Source: an uncultured delta proteobacterium
GTDB lineage: Bacteria > Desulfobacterota > Desulfomonilia > UBA1062
NCBI GenBank assembly: GCA_963798485.1
Contig: CAWCTR010000030.1
Location: forward strand, 96,001-160,000
Direction: 5' to 3'
Length of the DNA stretch: 64,000 bases
The position numbers were made by a program, and so were the translations under genes. Every line of letters starts with the position of its first letter. Position 1 is the stretch's first letter. The notes under the pieces were generated by a model. That model was given only the letters and a program-made list of their open reading frames with translations. It was not told where the DNA came from and ran no database searches. This document shows positions 21,637-30,730 of this stretch, one piece after another.

Positions 21637-22523
21637 ATCTGATACCCGTCTCCCAGCATGGCCAAAAGGTCAAACCCAGCCTCTTGAAAGATGGGGAGGA
21701 GAAAGCTCAGGCTCTCTTGGCCGGCATGCACGGGCATGTTCGCATAGGTATAGAGTTCCAGGCTGATATCATCTTTATAGCCGCTTTTCAGGATGACATC
21801 GAGTACGTTGTGAAAACCAATGGCACCGAGGCCCGGGATAAGGTGGTAATGGCGGCGGTCATGGGCGATATCTTCAATATGGATATGCCCGATCCAGGGC
21901 AGAAGCTCTTGGAAGGCCTCGCATGGGTCTTCCCCTGCGCAGAAGAAATGCCCGATGTCGAAATTGAGCCCGAGAGAGGTTGATTGGGCTTCCTGAATGA
22001 ATTCCTTGAACTGCCGGGTATTTTCCAAAAGCAGGTCAGGCTCCGGTTCCACAAGGATCTTTACCTGAAGCTGTTCTGCCAAGGGCAAAACCTTTTCCAT
22101 ACTGTCATGGAAAAGGGCCAAGGCAACCTTACGGGACATGCCATTCAAAGGGCCTCCGGGGGGGACGGAGATATTGTCACACCCGAGATAAGACGCCAGC
22201 TTCAGGCATTCGAGGGTGTGTCGGATCCTGATCTCCCTACTCTCTTTCATGGGTTCTATCCAGGAGGGAAGGTAGGTATCACCCACTGCGAACAGGGTGA
22301 AGCTGTTCAGGTTGGTAATCCGAAGGCCCTTTTCATCAACCAGCTTTTTAAGCCGGATCAGGCCTTCCGGCCCCCAGTCCCGGGGGTAGAGGTGGGGGCG
22401 GTCTGCCATGACTTCAACCCCGCCGAAACCCAGCCCGGCGATCATGTCAATGGCATCGAACAATGGGTAATTAACAAAGGCGTTGGTGCTGTATCCGAGC
22501 TTCAATCGATTATCTCCCGGCAA
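21633..22523 (-). CDS. Xylose-isomerase-like TIM barrel (sugar phosphate isomerase/epimerase/dehydratase family)
   Basis: YSTNAF, VEPEP, NFDIGH, HIHIEDI, HYHLIPGLGAI, ISLELY metal-binding pattern. Confidence 0.85.
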   Translation of the reverse strand: MPGDNRLKLGYSTNAFVNYPLFDAIDMIAGLGFGGVEVMADRPHLYPRDWGPEGLIRLKKLVDEKGLRITNLNSFTLFAVGDTYLPSWIEPMKESREIRIRHTLECLKLASYLGCDNISVPPGGPLNGMSRKVALALFHDSMEKVLPLAEQLQVKILVEPEPDLLLENTRQFKEFIQEAQSTSLGLNFDIGHFFCAGEDPCEAFQELLPWIGHIHIEDIAHDRRHYHLIPGLGAIGFHNVLDVILKSGYKDDISLELYTYANMPVHAGQESLSFLLPIFQEAGFDLLAMLGDGYQI

Positions 22524-23647
22524 TCATTTTCCAGGTGATGGAGAGCAGAGAGTTGTTCCTGAAAGGTGACCGGGGGATTGGGGCCTGCGGGTTTCTTAAA
22601 ATAGAATCCCAGCTCCGGCACCAGACCAGGCCGTTTGGCCTTATGCACGGCAACCATCCACCATGCCAGGTCAATGATCATGGGCCCTGCCAATATAGAG
22701 TCACGGGCCTGCAGATTCAACCTGAGGCTCATGGGCATTCCGAACAGCCCGGTAAAGTCAATGACATCCCAGGCCTCTTTACAATCCCCACGGGGGGGAT
22801 AATAATCGATGACCACCTTATGGGAGGGCGCCCCATAGTGATGACCAACCCGGTATCCAAGAATATCTTCGAGCAGGTCGGTTTTATTGGCGATCTTGCC
22901 TGCCGCCTTATCGGGATCGGCAAGGTTCCTGCCGTCTTCATTACCAAGGATATTCAAACTGTACCATCCATCCACCTGCAGGCCGCGCGCCTTCAGCGCT
23001 GAGGCGAGCACCATCTTAAGATAGGTCTGGCCGGTCTTCCCGTCGCGGCCGCACAAGGGGACCCCGGCCTTTATTGCCTCCTGGGCGATCATTGGCAGCT
23101 CCAGGTAATTTGATGTGAAGTTCACGATTGGCGTGCCTGTAGATATGGCAGCAAGGACATAGGCCAGGTCAGGGAAGTCCCGGGCATCGGCCTGTGAATA
23201 GATTTCATCCAGTGATTGGAATTCCTGAAGGTCCATTACTCTGCTTGCCGGAAGCAGATTGACAAGGACAGGATGGGTATCCGGGAAGAGGCCTTTAAAA
23301 TCATGGATATCCCTTATTAAGTGCTCTACCTGTTTATGAAGAGGTAAATCATTGCCTGGTGCCTGCCGTATCGGGAATGTGCCGAGATGTTCCAGGCAGG
23401 GGAGATATTTCTCAGGGGGGAGAACACCATGGTATTCGATGGCCTGCTTAAGGGTTCGAGGGGCTACATCCCACCCGGCAAGCTCGAGGCCCGTCAGAGG
23501 GTCCAGGTCCTTGAACCAGTGGCCCGTGGTCAGCCAGGGCAGCACCTTTTCAGGGGCTTCCTTCATTACTGCAATGGCGGCGGCAACGGTAGAACCTGTC
23601 GCACCTGCGGCACCGGCAATAAGGAGAAGAGGCGGGTTCGAGTGCAA
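22502..23647 (-). CDS. ino1: myo-inositol-1-phosphate (inositol-3-phosphate) synthase homolog
   Basis: GRDGKTGQTYLK, WYSLNILGNEDG, IDYYPPRGDCKEAWD, RDSILAGP..IDL, FYFKKP; Rossmann GAAGATGS. Confidence 0.9.
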   Translation of the reverse strand: MHSNPPLLLIAGAAGATGSTVAAAIAVMKEAPEKVLPWLTTGHWFKDLDPLTGLELAGWDVAPRTLKQAIEYHGVLPPEKYLPCLEHLGTFPIRQAPGNDLPLHKQVEHLIRDIHDFKGLFPDTHPVLVNLLPASRVMDLQEFQSLDEIYSQADARDFPDLAYVLAAISTGTPIVNFTSNYLELPMIAQEAIKAGVPLCGRDGKTGQTYLKMVLASALKARGLQVDGWYSLNILGNEDGRNLADPDKAAGKIANKTDLLEDILGYRVGHHYGAPSHKVVIDYYPPRGDCKEAWDVIDFTGLFGMPMSLRLNLQARDSILAGPMIIDLAWWMVAVHKAKRPGLVPELGFYFKKPAGPNPPVTFQEQLSALHHLENDCREIID

Positions 23648-23648
23648 G

Positions 23649-24629
23649 CTAGACCTTTCCCCGCATTATCCAGTAAACCATGCCGGTGTAGAACAAGATA
23701 ACGGGGAAGATCACGATCCCTGCCCCATAGAAGAGGAATCGAAGCGTCTGGACAGGGGCCGCTGCCGTTTCAATTGTAACGGTAAATGGAATCATATATG
23801 GCCAGAAGCCTGCCTCCAAGGCCAGGAATGCGGCAAAGAAGATAATAACCGCCATCCCGTAGGGGACCCAGTCCAGCCGTCTTTGTACCCCTGTCCACAG
23901 GCTGATGGAGGCAAGGGCTATAATCAGCGGGAATATCATAAGCCAGACATCTTCAAAAAAGCGGTCCCTGACACGCAGGTGGATTGCAAGGGTGTAGAGA
24001 AAGACGACGGCAAGAACCCCCAGGACCCCTGCGAGCAGCCACCCCACCCGGTCATAGGCCCATTCGCGTATGGGTCCCCCCGTCTTGAAGACAAGCCAGG
24101 CAGCACCCAGGAGCGTATAACCTATTACCAGACCCATGCCGCAGAACAAAGAAAACGGTGTCAGCCAGTCGAATGCGCCCCCTGCGTATTGTCCGTCAAC
24201 AACACTAAGCCCCTGGACCATCCTTCCGATGGCTATCCCTTGAACAAGGCTTACCATGAAGGAGCCGAGGAAGAATCCTCTGTACCAGAACCGTCTGTAG
24301 CGCCCTGCATGATAACGGAACTCAAATGCGACACCTCGGAATATCAACCCCATAAGCATGAGGGCCATGGGCAGGTAGAAGGCGGGGAGAAAGATTGCAT
24401 AGACCATGGGAAAGGCTGCAAAGAGGCCGGCCCCGATGAGGACGAGCCAGACTTCGTTCCCGTCCCAGAATGGGGCGATAGCGTTCATCATGGTATCCTT
24501 GAATCCCTCGTCCCTTGTGGTACCGGACAGGATGCCTACACCGAGGTCATAGCCGTCAAGGATGACATAAAAGAGCATGGCAAAGGCAATCAGAGAAGCC
24601 CAGAAGACAGGGAGCCAGGATGCACCCAT
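23649..24629 (-). CDS. cydB: Cytochrome bd quinol oxidase subunit II
   Basis: YVILDGYDLGVGIL, PFWDGNEVWLVL, FAAFP..Y, LIFRGVAFEFR. Confidence 0.95.
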   Translation of the reverse strand: MGASWLPVFWASLIAFAMLFYVILDGYDLGVGILSGTTRDEGFKDTMMNAIAPFWDGNEVWLVLIGAGLFAAFPMVYAIFLPAFYLPMALMLMGLIFRGVAFEFRYHAGRYRRFWYRGFFLGSFMVSLVQGIAIGRMVQGLSVVDGQYAGGAFDWLTPFSLFCGMGLVIGYTLLGAAWLVFKTGGPIREWAYDRVGWLLAGVLGVLAVVFLYTLAIHLRVRDRFFEDVWLMIFPLIIALASISLWTGVQRRLDWVPYGMAVIIFFAAFLALEAGFWPYMIPFTVTIETAAAPVQTLRFLFYGAGIVIFPVILFYTGMVYWIMRGKV

Positions 24630-24634
24630 AAGTG

Positions 24635-26008
24635 TTACCCCTTTGCCTGAGTAGTAGTACCGGCTGTTCTTGCTTCAGCCGTAATCTTGGTTTCAGCATC
24701 AGACGGGCCTTGGCGAAGCAGGGCGTAGATATAGAAAGCGCCCGGGAAAAAGATCACGGAGTATACAATCGCATAGCCGATAAGGGTTGTGAGAACATTT
24801 GCCCCGCTCAGTGTCGGGGTCAGCGTGTCGGATGTCCTCAGAAGGCCGTATACCACCCAGGGCTGGCGGCCTATCTCTGTGGTGAACCAGCCGAGGATAA
24901 CGGCAAGGAAGCCTAGGGGGAAGGCAAGGCTCGCTGACCAGAGGTACCATCGTGTGGTCTCCAGCCGCCCGCGCAAACGAAGCCATAGACCGAACAGGCT
25001 GATGCCCAGCATCAGCATGCCGAGACCTACCATGATGCGGAAAGAAAAGAAGGGGATGAGGACAGGCGGCCAGGCATCTTTGGGGAAATCACTCAGACCG
25101 TGAACAGGTGCCGTCCAGCTGCCTGTTGCAAGCCAGCTCCCGATGTAAGGTGTCGTGATGGTGAAGAGGTTTCTCTGATTCTTTTCATCAGGGATTGCGA
25201 ACCATATCTGTGATCCCGGCTGTTCAGGGTGCCAGCGCGCCTCTACGGCAGCGAATTTTGCCGGCTGATAAGTATACATGTGTTTGCCGTTGATATCTCC
25301 TATAATGATCTGGACGATCATCAGCACCGCCGTGATCACCAGTCCCCAGTTCAGCATGACACGCGCCTCGGCGCGATGAACATCCCTGAGCACATACCAA
25401 GCCCCTGTGGATATAATGCACATGGCGGTGGTAAGGAATGTGGCCAGCAGCATGTGCAACCAGCGGGCCAGGAACACCGGCCCGAGGACGATCGCCGTCC
25501 AGTCGGTGGGGATGATCCTGCCGGCAATGATTTTATAACCCACCGGCACCTGCATCCAGCTGTTGTTGCACAGGATCCAGAAGGAAGACAAGACTGCGCC
25601 CATGGCCAGCATGCAGCATGAAAAGAAATAGAACCACGGTGCTGCTCGGTTGCGGCCGTAGAGTACGACACCCAGGAAGGTCGCCTCAAGCATGAATGCC
25701 GTGAAGGTCTCATACCCAAGCAAGGGTCCCATGACGGAACCCGCCTTTGACGACATCACGCTCCAGTTGGTGCCGAACTGGAATGCCATGACCATGCCGC
25801 TGACAACACCCATGGCGAACAGTATCGCAAAGATCTTCAACCAGAAATCAAAGAGCCTTTGGTAGAGAGAATTGCCGCTTGATAGATGCAGCCCTTCAAG
25901 CAGCGCCAGCCATATGGATAATCCGATGGTTATGGAAGGAAAGATTATATGAAAGGAGACAGTGAACGCGAATTGGATGCGGGAGAAGATCAACGGATCT
26001 AGATTCAC
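24635..26008 (-). CDS. cydA: Cytochrome bd quinol oxidase subunit I (short Q-loop, CioA-like)
   Basis: SRIQFAFTVSFHIIFP, FQFGTNW, RWLH, QPAKFAAVE, FRIMVG, GWFTTEIGRQPW. Confidence 0.95.
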   Translation of the reverse strand: MNLDPLIFSRIQFAFTVSFHIIFPSITIGLSIWLALLEGLHLSSGNSLYQRLFDFWLKIFAILFAMGVVSGMVMAFQFGTNWSVMSSKAGSVMGPLLGYETFTAFMLEATFLGVVLYGRNRAAPWFYFFSCCMLAMGAVLSSFWILCNNSWMQVPVGYKIIAGRIIPTDWTAIVLGPVFLARWLHMLLATFLTTAMCIISTGAWYVLRDVHRAEARVMLNWGLVITAVLMIVQIIIGDINGKHMYTYQPAKFAAVEARWHPEQPGSQIWFAIPDEKNQRNLFTITTPYIGSWLATGSWTAPVHGLSDFPKDAWPPVLIPFFSFRIMVGLGMLMLGISLFGLWLRLRGRLETTRWYLWSASLAFPLGFLAVILGWFTTEIGRQPWVVYGLLRTSDTLTPTLSGANVLTTLIGYAIVYSVIFFPGAFYIYALLRQGPSDAETKITAEARTAGTTTQAKG

Positions 26009-26114
26009 GATTCATGCCTCCATCCATCTCGTTAAAATCATACCTACTTTAAGTTATATATACGTTAAGGGAACAGGATTGAAAGTCAAGAAGAAAGAAC
26101 CCGGAAAGTGTTTT

Positions 26115-27506
26115 TCAGTCTTTGACGGAATCCAGCTTCACGCCCAAGTCATAGTATGCCGACATGCGGGACTGAAAGCTGTTTTTGAGCATGCCGTTCG
26201 TATCGAGATAATCGAAGATCAGGGCATCCTCCTTGCCTTCGGTCACGCGCAGGATGCGGCCGATGTACTGCTTGACCCTGCCGGTGAATTTGACAGGTGT
26301 GGCCAGGAAGATAGAGGAGAGCTGCTTGAGGTCGAATCCCTCACCTATGAGCTGGGCCGTTGCCACCAGGACCTTGGCCTGGTTGCAGTTGAGATCCTCA
26401 ACAATCCGGGCACGTTCCTTGACCTGCACCGAACCGGTGAGCAGGCATGCCTTTATACCGCGGTCGGTGATGGCCGTGAAGAGCTCTTTGCAGTGGGAGA
26501 CGCGGTCCGAGATGACAAGTGCAATTCCGCTTTCCGGGGTACAGGCCCGGGCCACTACGTCTTCCACGATGAACTTGTTCCTTTTCGCATCGTTCACCAG
26601 GGCCGAGATCATGTACTGGTATTCGTCCGCATCGAAGAAGTATGCACAATTGGTGTGGCGGATAATGAGCTTGGCCCTCATGATCTTGTCAAGGGCCTGG
26701 AGCTCATGGGAATTGATCTGGTGTACCCGGTCGCCCAGGTAGAAGTAGATGATCCTGGTGAGCTTGTCCCTTCGGTAGGGCGTGGCCGAAAGCCCCAGCA
26801 TGAAGGTGCTGTCGAATACGCTCACCGCTTCGGTAAAGGTGCGTGACGGTGTGTGGTGGCACTCATCCACCACAAGGTGACCGATTGCCGGCTTGACATC
26901 ATCGATCACCTTATAGAGCGAGTTGATAATGGCAATGGTGAGCTTGTCGCCGAGGCGGTTGTGCCCATCGCCGATAAGGCCGATGGAGTCTGAGGGGATA
27001 TCAAGAAATTCGCATGAGCGCTTGTGCCACTGGTACATGAGCTCCTTGGTGTGTACGATCACCAGGGCTCTCTGACGGCGCTGGGCAATAACGGCAAGGG
27101 CCATAACCGTCTTGCCTGCACCGGGTGGCGCCTCCAAAACCCCGAACCTCCTGCCCATGACATCTCTTACCGCTGAGACTTGGTAGGGGTGTAGCGCTAT
27201 TTTGAATGAAAAAGAAACTGGGGGCAATAAGCGGGTCTTGTCCACGATGGTATAGGCGACTTCCTTCAGCCTAAAGCGGAGCGTGTGGATGTAACCCCTG
27301 GGCATGATGAGCACACCGCTCTTTCTTTTGTAAAACCTGATGAATTCGGGTTGGAAGTTCCTCCTGCGGCTGCGGCTGTAGGTTTCCACCTGCTCCCACT
27401 TGGGATTGGGCAGGGTCAGATCGGCCTCTATGATCTGCACGGCCTGCTCGGGCAGGTCTGCCTCAAAGATTCTGATGGCATTATCCACATGGATCAAGAC
27501 ATTCAT
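26115..27506 (-). CDS. Superfamily 2 DExH-box helicase (SSL2/XPB-like)
   Basis: APPGAGKT, VVDECHH, GLSATPYR, EGFDL, QYIGRILR. Confidence 0.9.
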   Translation of the reverse strand: MNVLIHVDNAIRIFEADLPEQAVQIIEADLTLPNPKWEQVETYSRSRRRNFQPEFIRFYKRKSGVLIMPRGYIHTLRFRLKEVAYTIVDKTRLLPPVSFSFKIALHPYQVSAVRDVMGRRFGVLEAPPGAGKTVMALAVIAQRRQRALVIVHTKELMYQWHKRSCEFLDIPSDSIGLIGDGHNRLGDKLTIAIINSLYKVIDDVKPAIGHLVVDECHHTPSRTFTEAVSVFDSTFMLGLSATPYRRDKLTRIIYFYLGDRVHQINSHELQALDKIMRAKLIIRHTNCAYFFDADEYQYMISALVNDAKRNKFIVEDVVARACTPESGIALVISDRVSHCKELFTAITDRGIKACLLTGSVQVKERARIVEDLNCNQAKVLVATAQLIGEGFDLKQLSSIFLATPVKFTGRVKQYIGRILRVTEGKEDALIFDYLDTNGMLKNSFQSRMSAYYDLGVKLDSVKD

Positions 27507-27516
27507 TTACCGGGCC

Positions 27517-28092
27517 TCATTCCAGGGCTTGTTTCAATTCATCGAGGAAATGCCTGGCCTCATCCCTGTCTAAAGAGATTTTAACCGTGCCCCCGCCTGG
27601 ATGGGCGAACTTGAGTGCGATACCTTCGTCCTCTTTATCAATCTTCCAGCGTGTATTTCCGGGCATTCCGACCGATGGCGCAAGCCAGTCGTCAGCTTGG
27701 AATTCAGCGATCTGGATAAGAACGCCAAAGGCATATCTCGGGTGGATGAAGAGTTCTTTCCATACAGAACCATAGTCATTGAATCCGAAGAAGGGGATAT
27801 TGTTTTTCGCAAGGGCCTCTTTTACCGTCTGGATGCTCTGCGTCTGCAGGGTTATGTGGTGTACTCCACCGGGTTTATCCTTCAGAAAGTTGTCCAGGAA
27901 ACTGCCACTGGCGGTAGGGGTGATAAGTTCGAGCCTGCTGAGGTCTCCCAGGGACAGGTTTTCCCAGTAGTACTTCATGTCAGGGTCCTTGCCGGATGAT
28001 CCGGTAACGGCCCCGAGGACCTCGGAAAAGAAGCTTAAAGCCTTGTCGTAATCCTTTACCGCAATGGCCACGTGATCAACACGAGATATCAT
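27517..28092 (-). CDS. VOC-family protein, methylmalonyl-CoA epimerase-like
   Basis: VDHVAIAV, RLELITP, GGVHHITL, FIHP...FGVLIQIAE; extra C-terminal segment. Confidence 0.8.
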   Translation of the reverse strand: MISRVDHVAIAVKDYDKALSFFSEVLGAVTGSSGKDPDMKYYWENLSLGDLSRLELITPTASGSFLDNFLKDKPGGVHHITLQTQSIQTVKEALAKNNIPFFGFNDYGSVWKELFIHPRYAFGVLIQIAEFQADDWLAPSVGMPGNTRWKIDKEDEGIALKFAHPGGGTVKISLDRDEARHFLDELKQALE

Positions 28093-28197
28093 GACATCCC
28101 CCCAAGAAAGATACTTTCGCTCGAGCCTAAGCGAAGCAGGGCTGCGGCGTCAAATGAAATTCATTTGGGTGGGAAGAAACAGGCCGGGGGAAACACT

Positions 28198-28228
28198 AAA
28201 AAGGGAGGCCTCGAAAGAGGCCCCCCTT
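28198..28228 (-). terminator. Rho-independent terminator
   Basis: Plus-strand AAGGGAGGCCTC-GAAA-GAGGCCCCCCTT stem-loop with a T-run on the minus strand, just after the small-ORF operon. Confidence 0.75.
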
Positions 28229-28267
28229 GGAGATCTACGTAAAAGCTCCTTGTAGGGGAAAGAGGTA

Positions 28268-28375
28268 CTACTTCACGCGGGATGTTTCAGGCTGCTTCAC
28301 GGTCACTTTGGCTGCAAAGCGGGCTGCTATGGCAATGAAAGAAACAGCGCCGATACCAATGAATATGAATGTCAT
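28268..28375 (-). CDS. 35-aa single-TM small protein (below the ORF-track cutoff)
   Basis: MTFIFIGIGAVSFIAIAARFAAKVTVKQPETSRVK; ATGA overlap with the upstream stop and an AAGGAG RBS inside the upstream gene. Confidence 0.6.
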   Translation of the reverse strand: MTFIFIGIGAVSFIAIAARFAAKVTVKQPETSRVK

Positions 28376-28611
28376 GATTCTTTTCTCCTTTCCACCAATA
28401 CCTCTTCGACAAAACCTTTAAACCCTAATACTATACCAATTATGAGCCCGAGCATCGTAAAATTTGGCGCCATGTGGGTGATCTGGTCCACATACATACC
28501 GGCATACAGGCCGAGGAATGTCATAATGACCAGCACGAAGCTGAGTGCGCTGATCCGGACGATTCTGCTTGTCAGCTTCCTCGATAACCTGTCTCTTACG
28601 AGCCGTTTCAC
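28372..28611 (-). CDS. AtpZ/AtpI (ATPase_gene1)-like two-TM protein
   Basis: LGLYAGMYVD......PNFTMLGLIIGIVLGF pattern; RBS AAGGAG. Confidence 0.7.
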   Translation of the reverse strand: MKRLVRDRLSRKLTSRIVRISALSFVLVIMTFLGLYAGMYVDQITHMAPNFTMLGLIIGIVLGFKGFVEEVLVERRKES

Positions 28612-28637
28612 GACATTTTCTCCTTCTTAAGCCTTTC

Positions 28638-28814
28638 CTAGAAGAGCTGGGCGATCATCTGTCTTACCGGACCGGAATTGACGCCCACGAGAGCAACGAT
28701 GAGCACGAATATGGCAGTTGCTTCCACCGGGGTAAGCCCTAATACGCGATAGGTGAACCTGATGCCGGTGCCGGTCATGAACATGCAACCAATTACGATC
28801 CAGAGTGTTATCAT
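28638..28814 (-). CDS. 58-aa two-TM hypothetical protein
   Basis: MITLWIVIGCMFMTGTGIRFTYRVLGLTPVEATAIFVLIVALVG...; RBS AAGGAG. Confidence 0.65.
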   Translation of the reverse strand: MITLWIVIGCMFMTGTGIRFTYRVLGLTPVEATAIFVLIVALVGVNSGPVRQMIAQLF

Positions 28815-28851
28815 TTCCATTCTCCTTTTTTGTTTCTCTGATGAATGAGAA

Positions 28852-28867
28852 GGCAATGTTCATGCCA
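28852..28867 (-). promoter_or_regulatory. Sigma-54 (-24/-12) promoter
   Basis: Minus strand TGGCATG-AACA-TTGCC matches TGGCAYR-N4-TTGC, about 40 nt upstream of the small-protein operon. Confidence 0.7.
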
Positions 28868-29059
28868 GGGGATTCGAATTTATAACTAATTGAAATATGA
28901 AAGGTAATGCACTAGCTATGAAAGGGCTAAATGTCAGATTGACAAGCAGGCGTGTTTGCATATCAATTTTTGTGACAATTTGACAAAAAGATTGAAAACC
29001 CTCTTGCCGGAATGACAATGTGGCAATGGACTTCAACAGCTGCACTATTTATTATGAAA

Positions 29060-29087
29060 TAAAGATTATTCCCCGGATATCCGTTAA
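29060..29087 (+). promoter_or_regulatory. Possible sigma-28 (FliA) promoter for the MCP
   Basis: TAAA-N16-TCCGTTAA versus consensus TAAA-N15/16-GCCGATAA. Confidence 0.35.
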
Positions 29088-29110
29088 GAGATAATATTAA
29101 GCAAAGCAGG

Positions 29111-29138
29111 CAGGATCTTTCTAACAGGATCTTTCTAA
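29111..29138. repeat. 14-bp perfect tandem repeat
   Basis: CAGGATCTTTCTAA twice in the MCP leader. Confidence 0.8.
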
Positions 29139-29170
29139 ATAGTTGCAAAAGTAAACATGGGGAGCAGCAT

Positions 29171-30730
29171 ATGTTCGATTTTTTAAGTAACCTGACTATC
29201 AAGATGAAGATGGTAGGCCTCGCAATCTGCGGGATCATTTCTTTTGTCTGTATCCTTTCCCTTGTCTATTATATTAATTTCGATTCTGAGTTGAAAAGGC
29301 TTGCGATGTCAGACCAGGAGATGAGGATTCGCATGTTCTGGCATCTCATGGAAGATAAAGGCCGGAACATCGATCTTGTGGATAATAAGCTCAAGATCGG
29401 GGCCTATGTCATCAATGATAATTATGAACTCCCGGATAAAATGAAAAAGCTGTGCGGAGGCACATCAGCCATATTCATGCACGATGAGAAGATCTCGACA
29501 AATGTCATGAACCCGGATGGAACACGAGCCACAGGCACAAAACTAAAAGGCCCTGCGCACGATGCAATTTTCAAGGATCAGAAACCGTATCGGGGGGAGG
29601 CAGATATCCTCGGAACACCCTACTTCACCGCCTATGACCCCATCAAGAACAGTAAGGGCGATATCATTGGCGTGCTTTATACAGGCGTGAAGAAGAGCGA
29701 GTACTACAAATCGTTCAATACACTCGTTACTCATATACTTATTTTGGCCCTCATCGTTACCGTTGGTACTGCGCTTTTGTGGTTCTGGCTTGTGAACGGT
29801 ATGATCACCAAGCCCATGAATTATGTCATCAGGCGCATCAAGGATATTGTCGAAGGGGAGGGCGACCTCACCAAGCGGATAGATACGAAAGGAAATGATG
29901 AAATCGGTAAACTGGGTCAGGGCATTAATGCCTTTTTATCGAATTTCGAGAATATCATCGCAAAGGTCAAGGAAACATCTTCTCAAGTAAACACTACTAC
30001 ACAAGAGGTTGCAGCCGGTTCCCAGGGATTATCACAGATTACCCAGGAACAGGCATCGGCCGTAGAACAGGTGGCTGCTACGATTGAGCAGATGACCTCC
30101 AGTATCAAACAGAATGCATCTCATGCAGAGAAGGGCCGCGACATGACAAGCAGTCTGGTGCAGCAGACTACCATCACACGCGAGTCAACCAAAGACCTTA
30201 TGAAGGCCATGGATGAGATCTCGATGTCATCCAAGAAAATCGGGGATATTATTGTAACCGTGAATGAGGTTGCCTTTCAGACCAATCTCCTGGCCTTGAA
30301 TGCCGCAGTAGAGGCGGCCCGGGCCGGTGAGCACGGAAAGGGATTTGCCGTTGTCGCCCAGGAGGTGAGGTCTCTGGCGCAGCGTTCAGCCGAGGCTGCC
30401 AAACAGATTAAAGAAATGATCCAGGATACCGTAAATAAAGTGAATGCCGGTGATGATATTGTGAAGAAAGCCGTTATTTCCCTGAAAGAGATCATCGGGC
30501 ATATCGATATGCTCTCTCAGACTATGGATGAGATCTCCTCGTCGTCAAATGAGCAGGCTATAGGCGTTGATGAGGTGAACAGGGCTATCAGCCAGATTGA
30601 TACAACCACCCAGCAAAATGCCTCGACCGTTGAAGAGCTAGCCGCCGCAACAGGTCTCCTCAGCACTGAAGCCGAAGTGCTTAACAAGACTGTTGCGCGT
30701 TTCAGGGTAACAAAGGACTTATCAGCGTAA
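29171..30730 (+). CDS. Methyl-accepting chemotaxis protein (Cache + HAMP + MA)
   Basis: Two TM, Cache-like [34 protein letters not shown], signalling hairpin [27 protein letters not shown]. Confidence 0.95.
   Translation: MFDFLSNLTIKMKMVGLAICGIISFVCILSLVYYINFDSELKRLAMSDQEMRIRMFWHLMEDKGRNIDLVDNKLKIGAYVINDNYELPDKMKKLCGGTSAIFMHDEKISTNVMNPDGTRATGTKLKGPAHDAIFKDQKPYRGEADILGTPYFTAYDPIKNSKGDIIGVLYTGVKKSEYYKSFNTLVTHILILALIVTVGTALLWFWLVNGMITKPMNYVIRRIKDIVEGEGDLTKRIDTKGNDEIGKLGQGINAFLSNFENIIAKVKETSSQVNTTTQEVAAGSQGLSQITQEQASAVEQVAATIEQMTSSIKQNASHAEKGRDMTSSLVQQTTITRESTKDLMKAMDEISMSSKKIGDIIVTVNEVAFQTNLLALNAAVEAARAGEHGKGFAVVAQEVRSLAQRSAEAAKQIKEMIQDTVNKVNAGDDIVKKAVISLKEIIGHIDMLSQTMDEISSSSNEQAIGVDEVNRAISQIDTTTQQNASTVEELAAATGLLSTEAEVLNKTVARFRVTKDLSA

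Noticed and set aside
23352-24650. 432-aa plus-strand ORF
   Set aside because: Antisense to cydB/ino1, no recognisable motifs.
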